Notes: generated by a model from the letters alone, not told the origin. Positions 18,834-28,583 are shown, counted from the stretch's first letter. The stretch is 64,000 bases of DNA from an uncultured Candidatus Saccharibacteria bacterium (GCA_964491925.1 CAZBGZ010000003.1:22234-86233), one strand, 5' to 3'. A program made the numbers and translations.

Positions 18834-19097
18834 ATGAATACCTCGGTGGAGTCTGGTTTCGCAGATCTAAATTTCGCTAACCATGAGGCTAGCTGGGGCT
18901 TGACGGGCGCAGCAGGGGCGTTAGTAGTAGACGGTATTGCTGGCGCTAAACAAATATATCATTTGCTAGCCGGGCATCCGGAACTAACGCGAGCTGATGA
19001 GGTGGCTTTTGTTGTAGCAAGCGCTGCGGTTCTGGCATGCACTGCTATTTGGTCCCATGGAGTTAATCGGGCACGCCAAGTAGTTTCTGTCAGGTAG
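18834..19097 (+). CDS. small hydrophobic hypothetical protein
   Basis: 87 aa. TGcTATAGT at 18819-18827 lies 6 nt before the ATG, which supports expression. Confidence 0.45.
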   Translation: MNTSVESGFADLNFANHEASWGLTGAAGALVVDGIAGAKQIYHLLAGHPELTRADEVAFVVASAAVLACTAIWSHGVNRARQVVSVR

Positions 19098-19110
19098 GGT
19101 ATATATGCAT

Positions 19111-19140
19111 TTGACTACTGTAGTCCGCTCGAACTACACT
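19111..19140 (+). promoter_or_regulatory. sigma70-type promoter TTGACT-N18-TACACT of the trehalase gene
   Basis: Read directly. The -10 box ends 8 nt before ATG 19149. Confidence 0.5.
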
Positions 19141-19148
19141 GTTAACAC

Positions 19149-20411
19149 ATGTTCGAAAAAGCAAAAAAAACCATAAAACGAGTTACTTTTCATAAGCCCT
19201 ATATGGACCTTGACTCTGATGATGTAGTCAAAGCGCGCGAATATATAGCCGGTTATTGGAAAAAGCTAGAGCGCTACCACCCCAAAGATGACGAGACATT
19301 GCTTGGTCTGCCTAATACATACCTAGTCCCAGCCAGCGAAGAGGGCCATGCCTTTGACTTTAACGAAATGTATTATTGGGATAGTTATTTTATGGTCCAG
19401 GGCATGTTAGACAAAGAGCACCAGGAATTAGTCGAGGGGATTCTAGAGAACCTGATTTATATGCAAAAACGGTTCAAAATAATTCCTAATGCCTCGCGCA
19501 CCTATCTGATGGGGCGTTCTCAGCCACCCTTTCTAACCAGTTTTATATTTGATGTCTACGATGCATACCACAAAGATAAAAAATGGTTAAGAGAGCATAT
19601 TGCAGTGGCTCATAACGAGTATTCGACCGTTTGGCTAGGAACAAAAAAACCTAATTGGCGCGAAGTTTATATGGGTCTCAGCCGTTATTACGATATAAAT
19701 ATGCTCAATGATCTGGCCGAGGCCGAGAGCAGCTGGGATATGACTACCAGATTTAATCGGCGGGCACTTAACTATCTACCGATAGATCTAAATACACTGC
19801 TTTACAAATACGAGTCAGACTTTGCTCGGGCAGCAAAAATATTAGGCAACGACCAGGACGCAGGTGTTTGGCTAAGCCGTGCCCATGCTCGCAAGAAAAC
19901 CATAGATCAGCTGATGTGGAGCACGGTACACGAGTTTTACTATGATTATAATTTTGTTAAACGCAAAAGGGGAAATGTGACTTCCCTAGCCGGATTTTTC
20001 CCACTGAACGCTGGAATGGTAGATGACGAACGGGCAGAGAAGCTGGTCAAAGCCCTCCGTCGTTTCGAGAATAAAGGTGGGCTTAGCACAACAGACATGC
20101 AAGCAGTCAATCAAATGCTGCCAGGCAGCTTGCCAGTTCAGTGGGCGCATCCCAACGGTTGGGCGCCACTACATTACGTTGTCATAAAGGGGCTAGAGCG
20201 ATACGGATATCACGAAGACGCCAAGAGAATAGCTTTGAAATGGCTACACACAAATCTAGAGTGGTTCAATAAACACGGCGTGTTTTTAGAAAAATATAAT
20301 GTTGTAAATCCTACAAAACCACCACAAAAAGGTGTGTACCCATCGCAAACCGGTTTCGGCTGGACTAACGCCATTTTTGAACGCCTATGCCAAGACTACA
20401 TTGATAACTAA
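19149..20411 (+). CDS. treA: alpha,alpha-trehalase (GH37)
   Basis: 420 aa with trehalase signatures FNEMYYWDSYF, RSQPPFL and QWAHPNGWAPLHY. Confidence 0.85.
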   Translation: MFEKAKKTIKRVTFHKPYMDLDSDDVVKAREYIAGYWKKLERYHPKDDETLLGLPNTYLVPASEEGHAFDFNEMYYWDSYFMVQGMLDKEHQELVEGILENLIYMQKRFKIIPNASRTYLMGRSQPPFLTSFIFDVYDAYHKDKKWLREHIAVAHNEYSTVWLGTKKPNWREVYMGLSRYYDINMLNDLAEAESSWDMTTRFNRRALNYLPIDLNTLLYKYESDFARAAKILGNDQDAGVWLSRAHARKKTIDQLMWSTVHEFYYDYNFVKRKRGNVTSLAGFFPLNAGMVDDERAEKLVKALRRFENKGGLSTTDMQAVNQMLPGSLPVQWAHPNGWAPLHYVVIKGLERYGYHEDAKRIALKWLHTNLEWFNKHGVFLEKYNVVNPTKPPQKGVYPSQTGFGWTNAIFERLCQDYIDN

Positions 20412-20450
20412 CTGCGCGGCACATAGCATCGTTGCAAATTCCGCCACTCC

Positions 20451-20474
20451 TGAGCTGTATGCACATACAGCTCA
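20451..20474 (+). terminator. 10-bp perfect hairpin (TGAGCTGTAT-GCAC-ATACAGCTCA) downstream of the trehalase gene, no U-tract
   Basis: Read directly, 40 nt after the stop codon. Its function as a terminator is inferred. Confidence 0.35.
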
Positions 20475-20600
20475 GTCCGGTGCTCGTTTGCGCCTTGCTC
20501 TGTATCCACGCAGTTACTTATCAACGTTTGTCATCAAATACAGTCATTCGATTATAGACAAGGAATTTAATAATTTATTTAGTGTGTATACTTTTATTTA

Positions 20601-21248
20601 ATGCAACGCAAATATACTGATGTACCGCCTCAAGCAATTTATGGATTTGCAGAATATCTGACTGAAAAAGCGGTTATTTATAGAGAAGAACCGTTTCAAT
20701 TGAGGGCTGGTCCTGAATCAAATTGGTATCTCGACGTAAGAATGCCACTGGGGTTAGTTAATGCTTCTTTGTTTGTTGGCGAACTGATTGTGGCAAAAGC
20801 AGAAATACTGGGTATTGAGTGGGATGTTATGGCCGCGTCAGGCATTGGCGGTAAACCACCAATGTTTGGGGCAAGATGGGCGAGTCGCTCTCGAATTGCG
20901 GAAATTAATGATAACGATAAAGAAAGAACACTCGCAGACGACAACTATCCATACGGTTTACACCCGCCAATTTCTAGCGGAGATAGGGTACTAGTAATCG
21001 ATGATACCCTGACCAGTGGTGACTCTGTTATAACATCGATCAAAATGTCCCGAGGAATACGTAAAGATATAGAAGGAGATGGAGAATTCACTATTGCGGG
21101 CGAGCGTGGTGTTGTTGAACACGCTTTTGTGGTGGTTGATAGAAGCCAGGGAGTAGGGATTGAGGCTGTCGCTGCATATGGGGTAGAGGTCCATCCTTTG
21201 TTTGAATTTAGTGAAGAAACAGGATTGATTACTCCCATTGGGTTGTAG
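20601..21248 (+). CDS. phosphoribosyltransferase (orotate-PRT-like) with an internal insertion
   Basis: 215 aa with the PRPP-binding motif VLVIDDTLTSGDS. TATACT lies 8 nt before the ATG. Confidence 0.65.
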   Translation: MQRKYTDVPPQAIYGFAEYLTEKAVIYREEPFQLRAGPESNWYLDVRMPLGLVNASLFVGELIVAKAEILGIEWDVMAASGIGGKPPMFGARWASRSRIAEINDNDKERTLADDNYPYGLHPPISSGDRVLVIDDTLTSGDSVITSIKMSRGIRKDIEGDGEFTIAGERGVVEHAFVVVDRSQGVGIEAVAAYGVEVHPLFEFSEETGLITPIGL

Positions 21249-21268
21249 CAGTGCTGTAAACTAATAAT

Positions 21269-21583
21269 ATGAACTTGCCAGATAAGCCCACGTTGGCTGA
21301 TTACCAAAAGCTAGGTAAACAACTGATTATTGAGCGTGGTTTTGATAAAGAGACTGTGCCAGAGGTCTTCACAATTTTTGTTGAAGAAGTTGGCGAGTTG
21401 GCGAAGGCTATCCGTAAGGCTAACGGGCAAAAAACAGACAAGAACTCTAAGCACCATGATGTCGAAGAAGAGGCAGCTGATGTTTTCTGGTTGCTAATTG
21501 ACCTTTGTAACAGACTAGATATTGACTTAGAAAAGGCATTCAGGGAAAAAGAAGAAAAAAATAAAACCAGAAATTGGGAATAA
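21269..21583 (+). CDS. MazG-like nucleoside triphosphate pyrophosphohydrolase
   Basis: 104 aa with the EEVGELAKAIRK ... EEEAADVFWLLIDLCNRLDIDLEKA pattern (EExxE ... ExxD). Confidence 0.75.
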   Translation: MNLPDKPTLADYQKLGKQLIIERGFDKETVPEVFTIFVEEVGELAKAIRKANGQKTDKNSKHHDVEEEAADVFWLLIDLCNRLDIDLEKAFREKEEKNKTRNWE

Positions 21584-21602
21584 CTAAAAAGGTTAATTAG
21601 CC

Positions 21603-22103
21603 ATGCCGGTTCAGACTGCAGGAATACTAGTTTATAGACGAAAATATAACCAATTAGAGGTATTTTTGGTACATAACGGGGGGCCATATTTCGCTAAACG
21701 CGACAAAGGCTTTTGGACTATCCCAAAGGGTAAAATTGAGGACGGTGAAGATGCTTTAACCACCGCCAAGCGGGAATTTGAAGAAGAAACCGGCCTGGGG
21801 ATGCCAGATGGGAAACTGTTAGACCTTGGTAAAATAAAACAAGTTAATAACAAGGAAGTCCAAGCCTGGGCCGTTGAAGGTGACCTGGACCCTACTAAAA
21901 TCAGCAGTAATACATTCGAGATTGAATGGCCGCCAAAAACAGGCCAAAAACAATCTTTTCCAGAAATTGACAGAGGTGAATGGTTCGACCTGCACCAGGC
22001 TGCCATAAAAATAAATGCTGGGCAGGGGGATTTACTGCGCCGTTTAGCCGACCATTTCGGCGAAACCAAGCCAGAAATCCCCGAACAAGTCCCTCTCTTT
22101 TAA
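21603..22103 (+). CDS. NUDIX hydrolase
   Basis: Nudix box GKIEDGEDALTTAKREFEEETGL. Confidence 0.8.
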   Translation: MPVQTAGILVYRRKYNQLEVFLVHNGGPYFAKRDKGFWTIPKGKIEDGEDALTTAKREFEEETGLGMPDGKLLDLGKIKQVNNKEVQAWAVEGDLDPTKISSNTFEIEWPPKTGQKQSFPEIDRGEWFDLHQAAIKINAGQGDLLRRLADHFGETKPEIPEQVPLF

Positions 22104-22348
22104 AAATTAACTTTTTAATATTCAATTTACCTCTGAATGTGTTCGACCGGACACAAATTGGGGTAAATTTGCTATGTCTAGGGCTAGGGGAAGATAGCCG
22201 TTCCATCAGCCTGACGGTGGTGATATACTGATAAATGAGATGACAAACGCATATACGATACGAACCATGCGGATGATGCCCTAGGGCAGACTACTTTTAC
22301 TTTGATTTTTATATTTAATACAATTAATAACGAATACTTGAAAGACTA

Positions 22349-23806
22349 ATGATGAAATACTACGTAACTACTTCAATTCCATATGTAAATGGTGACCCTC
22401 ACATTGGGTTTGCTATGGAATTATTGCAGGCTGACGTTCTGGCTAGGTATGCCCGCCAGCAGAAAAAACCAACTATCTTTAGCACGGGAACAGATGAGCA
22501 TGGTGGTAAAATATCCGAAAAGGCTAAAGAATTAGGCCTAGACACAAAAGAATTCACCGACCAAATCAGTCAAAAATTCCGTGATCTTCAGAAATCTTTA
22601 AATATCAGCAATGACCGGTTTATCCGCACTACTGATGCTGGGCATGAACAGCGCGCCCAAATTGTCTGGAAAAACCTGGCAAAATTCATTTATAAGGGCA
22701 GTTACGAGGGCTGGTACTGTACGGGATGCGAAACGTTCATAACAGAGGCCGTCGCAAAAGAAAACAAAGGTGCATGCCCAAACCACAACCGCCCTTACGA
22801 AAAGCTGAAAGAAGATAATTATTTTTTTAAACTTAGTGTTTTTGCAGATCAAATCAAGAAAGTTATAGATAACGGTAGCTTCAAGATAATTCCTACCACT
22901 CGTAAAAACGAGATTTTGCAGGTTATAAATGACGGTTTAGATGACATCAGTATATCTAGGCCTAAAGAGACGATCTCTTGGGGTATTCCAGTCCCCGGCG
23001 ACCCTAGTCAGGTTATGTACGTGTGGTTTGAGGCGCTAATGAACTACATTACTGTTCTGGGTTACCCTGAACACAAAGACTTCAAAGATTATTGGCCAGC
23101 CAATGTCCAGGTTATCGGCAAAGACATCATCCGTCATCACGCTGCTATTTGGCCAGGAATGTTGTTAGCGTTGGGCTTACCGTTACCAAAAATGTTATTT
23201 GTTCATGGATTCGTGAACGTTGATGGCAAAAAGATGAGTAAATCTCTAGGAAACGTTATTTCACCACAAGAAGTCATTAGTAAATACGGTACTGACCCAT
23301 TTCGCTACTTTTTCTTACGATATATTCCTAGTTACGACGATGGAAGCTTTTCTTGGGCAAAATTTGAAGAGGTTTACAACAACGAGTTAGCTAACGAGCT
23401 AGGAAATGCCGTTCAGCGAACACTAGCTATGATTGTCCGCTACCAAAACGGCGTAATCGGTGAAATCCCAGAATCGGAACACGACACTAGCCAGTACAAC
23501 CAGGCGCTCGAACTGTGCAAATTTGACCGAGCATTCGACGAGGTGTGGGAACAAGTACGTGGCCTAAACCAGTACATAGAAGAACAGAAACCGTGGGAAA
23601 TTGCCAAAAACGACGACGATGGACATCTACGCGATGTCCTGGCTTACCAAGTTAGTTGTTTGCTGCAAATCGCTGACATGCTAGAACCATTTATGCCTAC
23701 TACTGCCGTTAAAATCCGTCATGTATTTCAAGAAGGTGTGATTCGCAGCCCAGAAAGTACTCTTTTCCCGAAAGCTGATGAAGCAAAAACCCCAAAACAG
23801 GCTTGA
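22349..23806 (+). CDS. metG: methionine--tRNA ligase
   Basis: 485 aa with a HIGH-type motif (PHIGFAME), KMSKS and a CxxC...CPxH zinc knuckle. Confidence 0.9.
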   Translation: MMKYYVTTSIPYVNGDPHIGFAMELLQADVLARYARQQKKPTIFSTGTDEHGGKISEKAKELGLDTKEFTDQISQKFRDLQKSLNISNDRFIRTTDAGHEQRAQIVWKNLAKFIYKGSYEGWYCTGCETFITEAVAKENKGACPNHNRPYEKLKEDNYFFKLSVFADQIKKVIDNGSFKIIPTTRKNEILQVINDGLDDISISRPKETISWGIPVPGDPSQVMYVWFEALMNYITVLGYPEHKDFKDYWPANVQVIGKDIIRHHAAIWPGMLLALGLPLPKMLFVHGFVNVDGKKMSKSLGNVISPQEVISKYGTDPFRYFFLRYIPSYDDGSFSWAKFEEVYNNELANELGNAVQRTLAMIVRYQNGVIGEIPESEHDTSQYNQALELCKFDRAFDEVWEQVRGLNQYIEEQKPWEIAKNDDDGHLRDVLAYQVSCLLQIADMLEPFMPTTAVKIRHVFQEGVIRSPESTLFPKADEAKTPKQA

Positions 23807-23813
23807 AAGCCAG

Positions 23814-24602
23814 ATGAAATTTTTTGACACGCATGCTCATATTCACTTTGATGACTACGGCTTGGACCCCGATGTAGTCATAGAGGATGCTCGAAAAGCA
23901 GGAGTCACGCGGCTGTTATGTGTTGGTTGTACGTTGGATGATAGCAAACTAGGAATAGAAATGGCAGCCCAGAACAATAACATTTGGGCATCGATAGGCC
24001 TCCATCCGCACGAAGGCGCGGAGTATATAGATGACCCACTGGCCATAAAAGAATTTCAGAGCTTGGCTCTGTCCCCAAAAGTCGTTGCTGTTGGTGAAAC
24101 AGGCTTAGACTATTACTACGAGCACTCGCCGAAAGAAGTGCAGAAAAAGCTGTTAATTATACAATTAGCGCTGGCCAAAGAACATAACTTGCCAGTTATT
24201 TTTCATTTGCGAGGGGCAAAAGACAATCCAGCCGACGTATTTGATGATTTTTTTGCCATTGTAGCCAATTTTGAGGGCATTAGGGGCGTTGTTCATAGCT
24301 TTACTGGTACAAAGGCGCAACTTGACAAAATACTTAACCTAGGGCTTTATATTGGCTTAAACGGCATCATGACATTTACCAAAGACCAAAAACAACTAGA
24401 AATGGCTAAAGCTGTCCCGTTGTCAAAACTACTGCTAGAAACAGATGCGCCGTTCTTGACTCCTAGCCCGTTTCGTGGTACTATCTGTCAGCCTAAGCAT
24501 CTGGTGCTGACGGCGGAGTTTTTAGCGACCTTGAGAGGAGAATCCCTTGAGCAGCTTGCAGAACAGACGACCGAAAACGCACGGGAGCTATTTAACCTTT
24601 AA
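23814..24602 (+). CDS. tatD: TatD family metal-dependent hydrolase/DNase
   Basis: MKFFDTHAHIHF start, then GETGLDYYY, HSF and ETDAPFLTP. ATG 23814 is chosen to avoid overlapping metG. Confidence 0.85.
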   Translation: MKFFDTHAHIHFDDYGLDPDVVIEDARKAGVTRLLCVGCTLDDSKLGIEMAAQNNNIWASIGLHPHEGAEYIDDPLAIKEFQSLALSPKVVAVGETGLDYYYEHSPKEVQKKLLIIQLALAKEHNLPVIFHLRGAKDNPADVFDDFFAIVANFEGIRGVVHSFTGTKAQLDKILNLGLYIGLNGIMTFTKDQKQLEMAKAVPLSKLLLETDAPFLTPSPFRGTICQPKHLVLTAEFLATLRGESLEQLAEQTTENARELFNL

Positions 24603-24609
24603 GAGAGAC

Positions 24610-25068
24610 ATGACAATTTTAGACGATTTTTTTACTACTTTTATTCCCGGAATTGGCGGCGAAACAGCGCCCATCGAAACACATCCTAGCGTTAGCGCCG
24701 AGATGAAGGGAGTAGTCGATACTCGAATTGCAGAATTTGTAGCGGGTGTGGCGGGGCTCGGTGACGAAGTAGCAAGATTGCCAGCAGTAAAACCAGTACC
24801 AGTTTCACCAGAAGTTCTAGCACACATAACAGGGATGAATGACCAACCAGGAACTCCTGCAGTTGGACCCGAATTAACCCCAGTCGCGCAAGAAGCAGTG
24901 TCAGCCGATATTCTAGAAGAAATAACGGGTATCGACGGCCAGGGTGTTCTGAACGCAGAAATAGCAAACTTGACGCCCGAACAACGAGCAAAAATCGCGC
25001 TTGATGAAGCCAATGCACTGGCTATAGAGATTGCTCAAGCACCAAACGAGGATGCCCTAAATGTTTAA
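24610..25068 (+). CDS. hypothetical acidic A/V/P/E-rich protein
   Basis: 152 aa counted from MTILDDFF. No motif recognised. Confidence 0.45.
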   Translation: MTILDDFFTTFIPGIGGETAPIETHPSVSAEMKGVVDTRIAEFVAGVAGLGDEVARLPAVKPVPVSPEVLAHITGMNDQPGTPAVGPELTPVAQEAVSADILEEITGIDGQGVLNAEIANLTPEQRAKIALDEANALAIEIAQAPNEDALNV

Positions 25069-25444
25069 AGACCTTATAAACACGCTAGTGTCTCAGTCGC
25101 ATGCCTCAAAAAAACAAGAGCGACTAAACGAACTTCGCCTAGGCCTAATTAGGCACGAGGCGAAAGTTGGTGGTCGCGTTTTCGGTGATGTTCCAAAAGG
25201 CCACAGCCGAGACTTTTTTTGCCTAGATAGACACACGTGGGTATGGCACGAAGAATGGACGGATGAAAATGGTCAAAGACAAATCTTAGCTACTCGCTAC
25301 GACGTCCGACCTGGAAATGGTGTTCTAAAGTCACAAAATGGCGGACATTACCAACAGGCCAGCCCAGATGAAGTCCGCCGGTTATACAAAGCCGCGAAAC
25401 TGTACGAAACAAGAGTTAAAAGAGAAGTTTATAACTTCGCCTAA
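25061..25444 (+). CDS. hypothetical basic protein
   Basis: 127 aa. The start overlaps the upstream stop by 8 nt, suggesting translational coupling. No motif recognised. Confidence 0.5.
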   Translation: MFKDLINTLVSQSHASKKQERLNELRLGLIRHEAKVGGRVFGDVPKGHSRDFFCLDRHTWVWHEEWTDENGQRQILATRYDVRPGNGVLKSQNGGHYQQASPDEVRRLYKAAKLYETRVKREVYNFA

Positions 25445-25462
25445 TGAACGGATAGACCAGAG

Positions 25463-25987
25463 ATGAAGGAGCGTATTGAGATTACTCCTTTGTGGGCACG
25501 AAACTTTTTAAGCGAAACCGTTGGTATTGAGAAACCAGATTTACCCCGAGTGTACTGCTACGGAGATATTTACCCATGGGGTGGTCACATGGGGCAGACT
25601 TTAATTCGTTGTGCTATGCAGGAAGCCAACGGCACATCCTTCGACTTACGAAAACTTTATAGAAGTGTTTGCAGGCAATATGTAAATGCATACGAGGATG
25701 TTTGGCATTTAGAAGGTTTTGGACTAGAAGATGAAATGAAGCATTTTGAGATGGCAGTTGATGCCGGTGATAGAAATCTAAACGAAATAGTTAGACAGAG
25801 ACTGAATGGGCAAGCGATTAGTGGTTCATTGCCAACCCCTTTTTTGGAGTGGATGGCAGGAGTTGATGCAGGCGATACCATTGCGGCTAGTCGCATGTAT
25901 TATGCGGGCATCCCACAGCCAGCAGAGCCATACCCAGCAACTGAACAAGAACAAGTTATTCTTAGATTAAGTACTGCGTTAAGATAA
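25463..25987 (+). CDS. hypothetical protein
   Basis: 174 aa. No motif recognised. Confidence 0.5.
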   Translation: MKERIEITPLWARNFLSETVGIEKPDLPRVYCYGDIYPWGGHMGQTLIRCAMQEANGTSFDLRKLYRSVCRQYVNAYEDVWHLEGFGLEDEMKHFEMAVDAGDRNLNEIVRQRLNGQAISGSLPTPFLEWMAGVDAGDTIAASRMYYAGIPQPAEPYPATEQEQVILRLSTALR

Positions 25988-25996
25988 AGGCAAGCA

Positions 25997-27148
25997 ATGA
26001 AGTACCCAAAAACAATATATTTAGATTACGCCGCTACAACCCCCGTTGATCCAGCTGTTTTAGAAGCTATGCTGCCGTATTTTGCGGATAATTTTTATAA
26101 CCCATCTGCCAGTTATTTAGCAGCAAAATCTGTCGCTGATGATGTTAAAAAAGCGCGAGAGTCTGTGGCATTTTGGTTGGGGGCAAAACCTTCCGAGATT
26201 ATTTTTACAGCTGGGGGGACAGAGGCCAACAACCTAGCAACTTCTGGAATTGTGGACCAATATCCGGATGGGAATGTAGTAGTTAGTGTCATAGAACACG
26301 AATCTATCCTAGAGCCTGCCAACAAATATAATAATAAAGAGGTAAAAGCTACCAAAGACGGTATTGTGGATGTTAGTTATTTAGAGAAAATTGTCGATGA
26401 TAAAACTGTTCTAGTTAGCGTAATGTACGCTAATAACGAAATCGGAACCATCCAACCAATCAAGGAAATTGCGAAACTGTTGCAAAAAATTAGAAAATCC
26501 CGTGCAAACAGTAATAACAAGCGCCCTATATATCTGCACACTGATGCCTGTCAGGCAGGAAATTACCTAGATTTGCACACTGCAAGTCTTGGCGTAGACC
26601 TCATGACGCTCAATAGCGGGAAAATATACGGCCCGAAGCAATCTGGCGCACTATATATACGAACAGGTGTTGTGATATCAGCGCAAATACTAGGTGGCGG
26701 ACAAGAGCGCGGACTTCGTAGTGGCACAGAAAATGTTTCCAGTATTATTGGTTTTGCAAAAGCCCTAGAAATTGCCCAAGAAATGCGGCCAGTCGAAGCC
26801 AAAAGGCTGGCAGAAATCAGAGACGACTTTATCCGCCAGTTAATTAAAAATTTCCCTGATTGCGAAATAAATGGTTCATTAAAAAAAAGGTTACCGAATA
26901 ACATCAGCGTGACTTTCCCCGGTGTTGATAACGAACGATTAATGATGCAACTAGACGAAAAAGGGATCATGTGTGCCGTTGGCTCGGCCTGCAGTGCTAG
27001 CAACGACGAGCCATCACATGTCCTAAAAGCAATTGGGCTATCAGACAAACGAGCCCAATCCACGCTTCGTTTCAGCCTCGGTAGAAAAACTACTAAAAAA
27101 GACGTAAATACTGTAATCCAAGCGTTGAAAGAGTTACTGTATGTCTAG
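25997..27148 (+). CDS. cysteine desulfurase (NifS/IscS class V aminotransferase)
   Basis: 383 aa with TAGGTEANN, HTDACQA, the PLP-lysine region SGKIYGPK and the catalytic-Cys loop GSACSAS. Confidence 0.85.
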   Translation: MKYPKTIYLDYAATTPVDPAVLEAMLPYFADNFYNPSASYLAAKSVADDVKKARESVAFWLGAKPSEIIFTAGGTEANNLATSGIVDQYPDGNVVVSVIEHESILEPANKYNNKEVKATKDGIVDVSYLEKIVDDKTVLVSVMYANNEIGTIQPIKEIAKLLQKIRKSRANSNNKRPIYLHTDACQAGNYLDLHTASLGVDLMTLNSGKIYGPKQSGALYIRTGVVISAQILGGGQERGLRSGTENVSSIIGFAKALEIAQEMRPVEAKRLAEIRDDFIRQLIKNFPDCEINGSLKKRLPNNISVTFPGVDNERLMMQLDEKGIMCAVGSACSASNDEPSHVLKAIGLSDKRAQSTLRFSLGRKTTKKDVNTVIQALKELLYV

Positions 27149-28184
27149 AACTGTTTATGTTGGAATGAGTGGCGGAGTTGATAGCTCTGTTACGGCGGCA
27201 CTTCTTAAAGAGCAGGGGTACAATGTTGTCGGAGTCTATATGAAAAACTGGACAAAGAACTTGCCTGGTTTCGACTGCCCATGGAAAGAGGATTTCCAGG
27301 ATGCCAAACGCGTGGCAGTGCAGCTCGGAATAGATTTTAAGGTGTTTGACTTCGAGAAACAGTATAAGCACAAAGTTGTTGATTATATGATCGACGAGTT
27401 TAAAGCCGGTCGGACACCAAACCCCGATATTATGTGTAATCAAGAGGTAAAGTTTAAACTGTTTCTGGAAACATGCCTACAGGACGGCGCCGATTTTATC
27501 GCTACCGGCCACTACGCAAAAGTTAAGGATGGCAAAATGTATCAGGCAAAGGACAAAAATAAGGACCAAACTTACTTTTTGTATCGCGTTACGGAAAATG
27601 CGCTAAAGAAAACGCGCTTTCCGCTAGGCGAACACACAAAGCCAGAAGTACGAAAATTAGCCAAGAAATTTGGTCTTGCCACGGCCGAGAAGAAAGAAAG
27701 TATGGGTATCTGTTTTGTCGGCAAGGTTGGTATTAAAGAATTCTTGAGTCAATACGTTAAATCAAAACCAGGCAAAATAATCGATCAAAATAAAAGAGTA
27801 ATTGGTGAGCACGATGGTGCGATTTTCTACACTATCGGTCAACGTTCGGGCCTTGGTATAGGCGGCGGTTTGCCGTACTACGTAGTCGGTAAAGATATGG
27901 GTAAAAATGAGGTATACGTTACGACTAACCTAGACGACAAAAACCTCTGGTACAAAAAAATACAATTAACAGATACGCACTGGATAAATAACGTACCGAA
28001 AGATAAATTAATAGTACAGATCCGCACTAGACATAGAGCTCCTTTGACGGACGCAACACTACATGTGGTGTCCAAAAACTGCGCAGTCATTCAACTAAAG
28101 GACGAAATAAGAGCGATAACGCCTGGTCAATCAACTGTTATTTACGATGGTGATTTAGTCCTTGGCGGAGGGGTGATAGTTTAA
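27141..28184 (+). CDS. mnmA: tRNA 2-thiouridine(34) synthase
   Basis: 347 aa with the PP-loop VGMSGGVDSSV, plus NPDIMCN and KDQTYFL. It overlaps the desulfurase gene. Confidence 0.9.
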   Translation: MSRTVYVGMSGGVDSSVTAALLKEQGYNVVGVYMKNWTKNLPGFDCPWKEDFQDAKRVAVQLGIDFKVFDFEKQYKHKVVDYMIDEFKAGRTPNPDIMCNQEVKFKLFLETCLQDGADFIATGHYAKVKDGKMYQAKDKNKDQTYFLYRVTENALKKTRFPLGEHTKPEVRKLAKKFGLATAEKKESMGICFVGKVGIKEFLSQYVKSKPGKIIDQNKRVIGEHDGAIFYTIGQRSGLGIGGGLPYYVVGKDMGKNEVYVTTNLDDKNLWYKKIQLTDTHWINNVPKDKLIVQIRTRHRAPLTDATLHVVSKNCAVIQLKDEIRAITPGQSTVIYDGDLVLGGGVIV

Positions 28185-28573
28185 TGGGCTTCTTCCCTGA
28201 AAGTGGTCCAAACCGAAGTGATATCTCGTGTGATGATTGCTCCGCGGCTTGTTGCCGCGCAGGTATGGGCATTACGTTATCTAAGACAGAAGTCGTACTA
28301 AATTCGCTGAAAATCAAAAGGAAAGTAGTGATACCAGCTGAGCCAAATGAACGAAGTTTTACGGTGCATGAACCAGATAGTTACCCTGAGCCCTTCACGG
28401 CTGTAATCCCTGCTAACATAGAAGTATCAACGCTTGTTGAGGACTGTGGACATCTGGACGGTAACAGGTGTTTAATATACGATTCACCAACAAGGCCTGA
28501 AGCTTGTGATGTTATGGAGGTTGGATCAGACGAGTGCCTTAATGCCAGAAAAGTTGCTGGTTTTGTAGACTAA
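28184..28573 (+). CDS. YkgJ-family Cys-rich zinc/iron-chelating domain protein
   Basis: 129 aa with a CDDCSAACCRAG (CxxCxxCC) signature. Confidence 0.5.
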   Translation: MGFFPESGPNRSDISCDDCSAACCRAGMGITLSKTEVVLNSLKIKRKVVIPAEPNERSFTVHEPDSYPEPFTAVIPANIEVSTLVEDCGHLDGNRCLIYDSPTRPEACDVMEVGSDECLNARKVAGFVD

Positions 28574-28583
28574 AGATTATATC

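Noticed and set aside
20332-20601. 89-aa plus-strand ORF overlapping the trehalase 3' end and filling the gap before the PRTase gene.
   Set aside because: It overlaps treA out of frame, contains the terminator-like palindrome, and has no start signal or recognisable sequence. It is likely non-coding.
22104-22348. Canonical T-box riboswitch for metG.
   Set aside because: A TGGT-containing segment and AUG codons exist, but the specifier-like and T-box-like elements are in the wrong order. The 14-nt T-box consensus is not matched, and no terminator/antiterminator pair is evident. It is kept only as an unassigned structured region.
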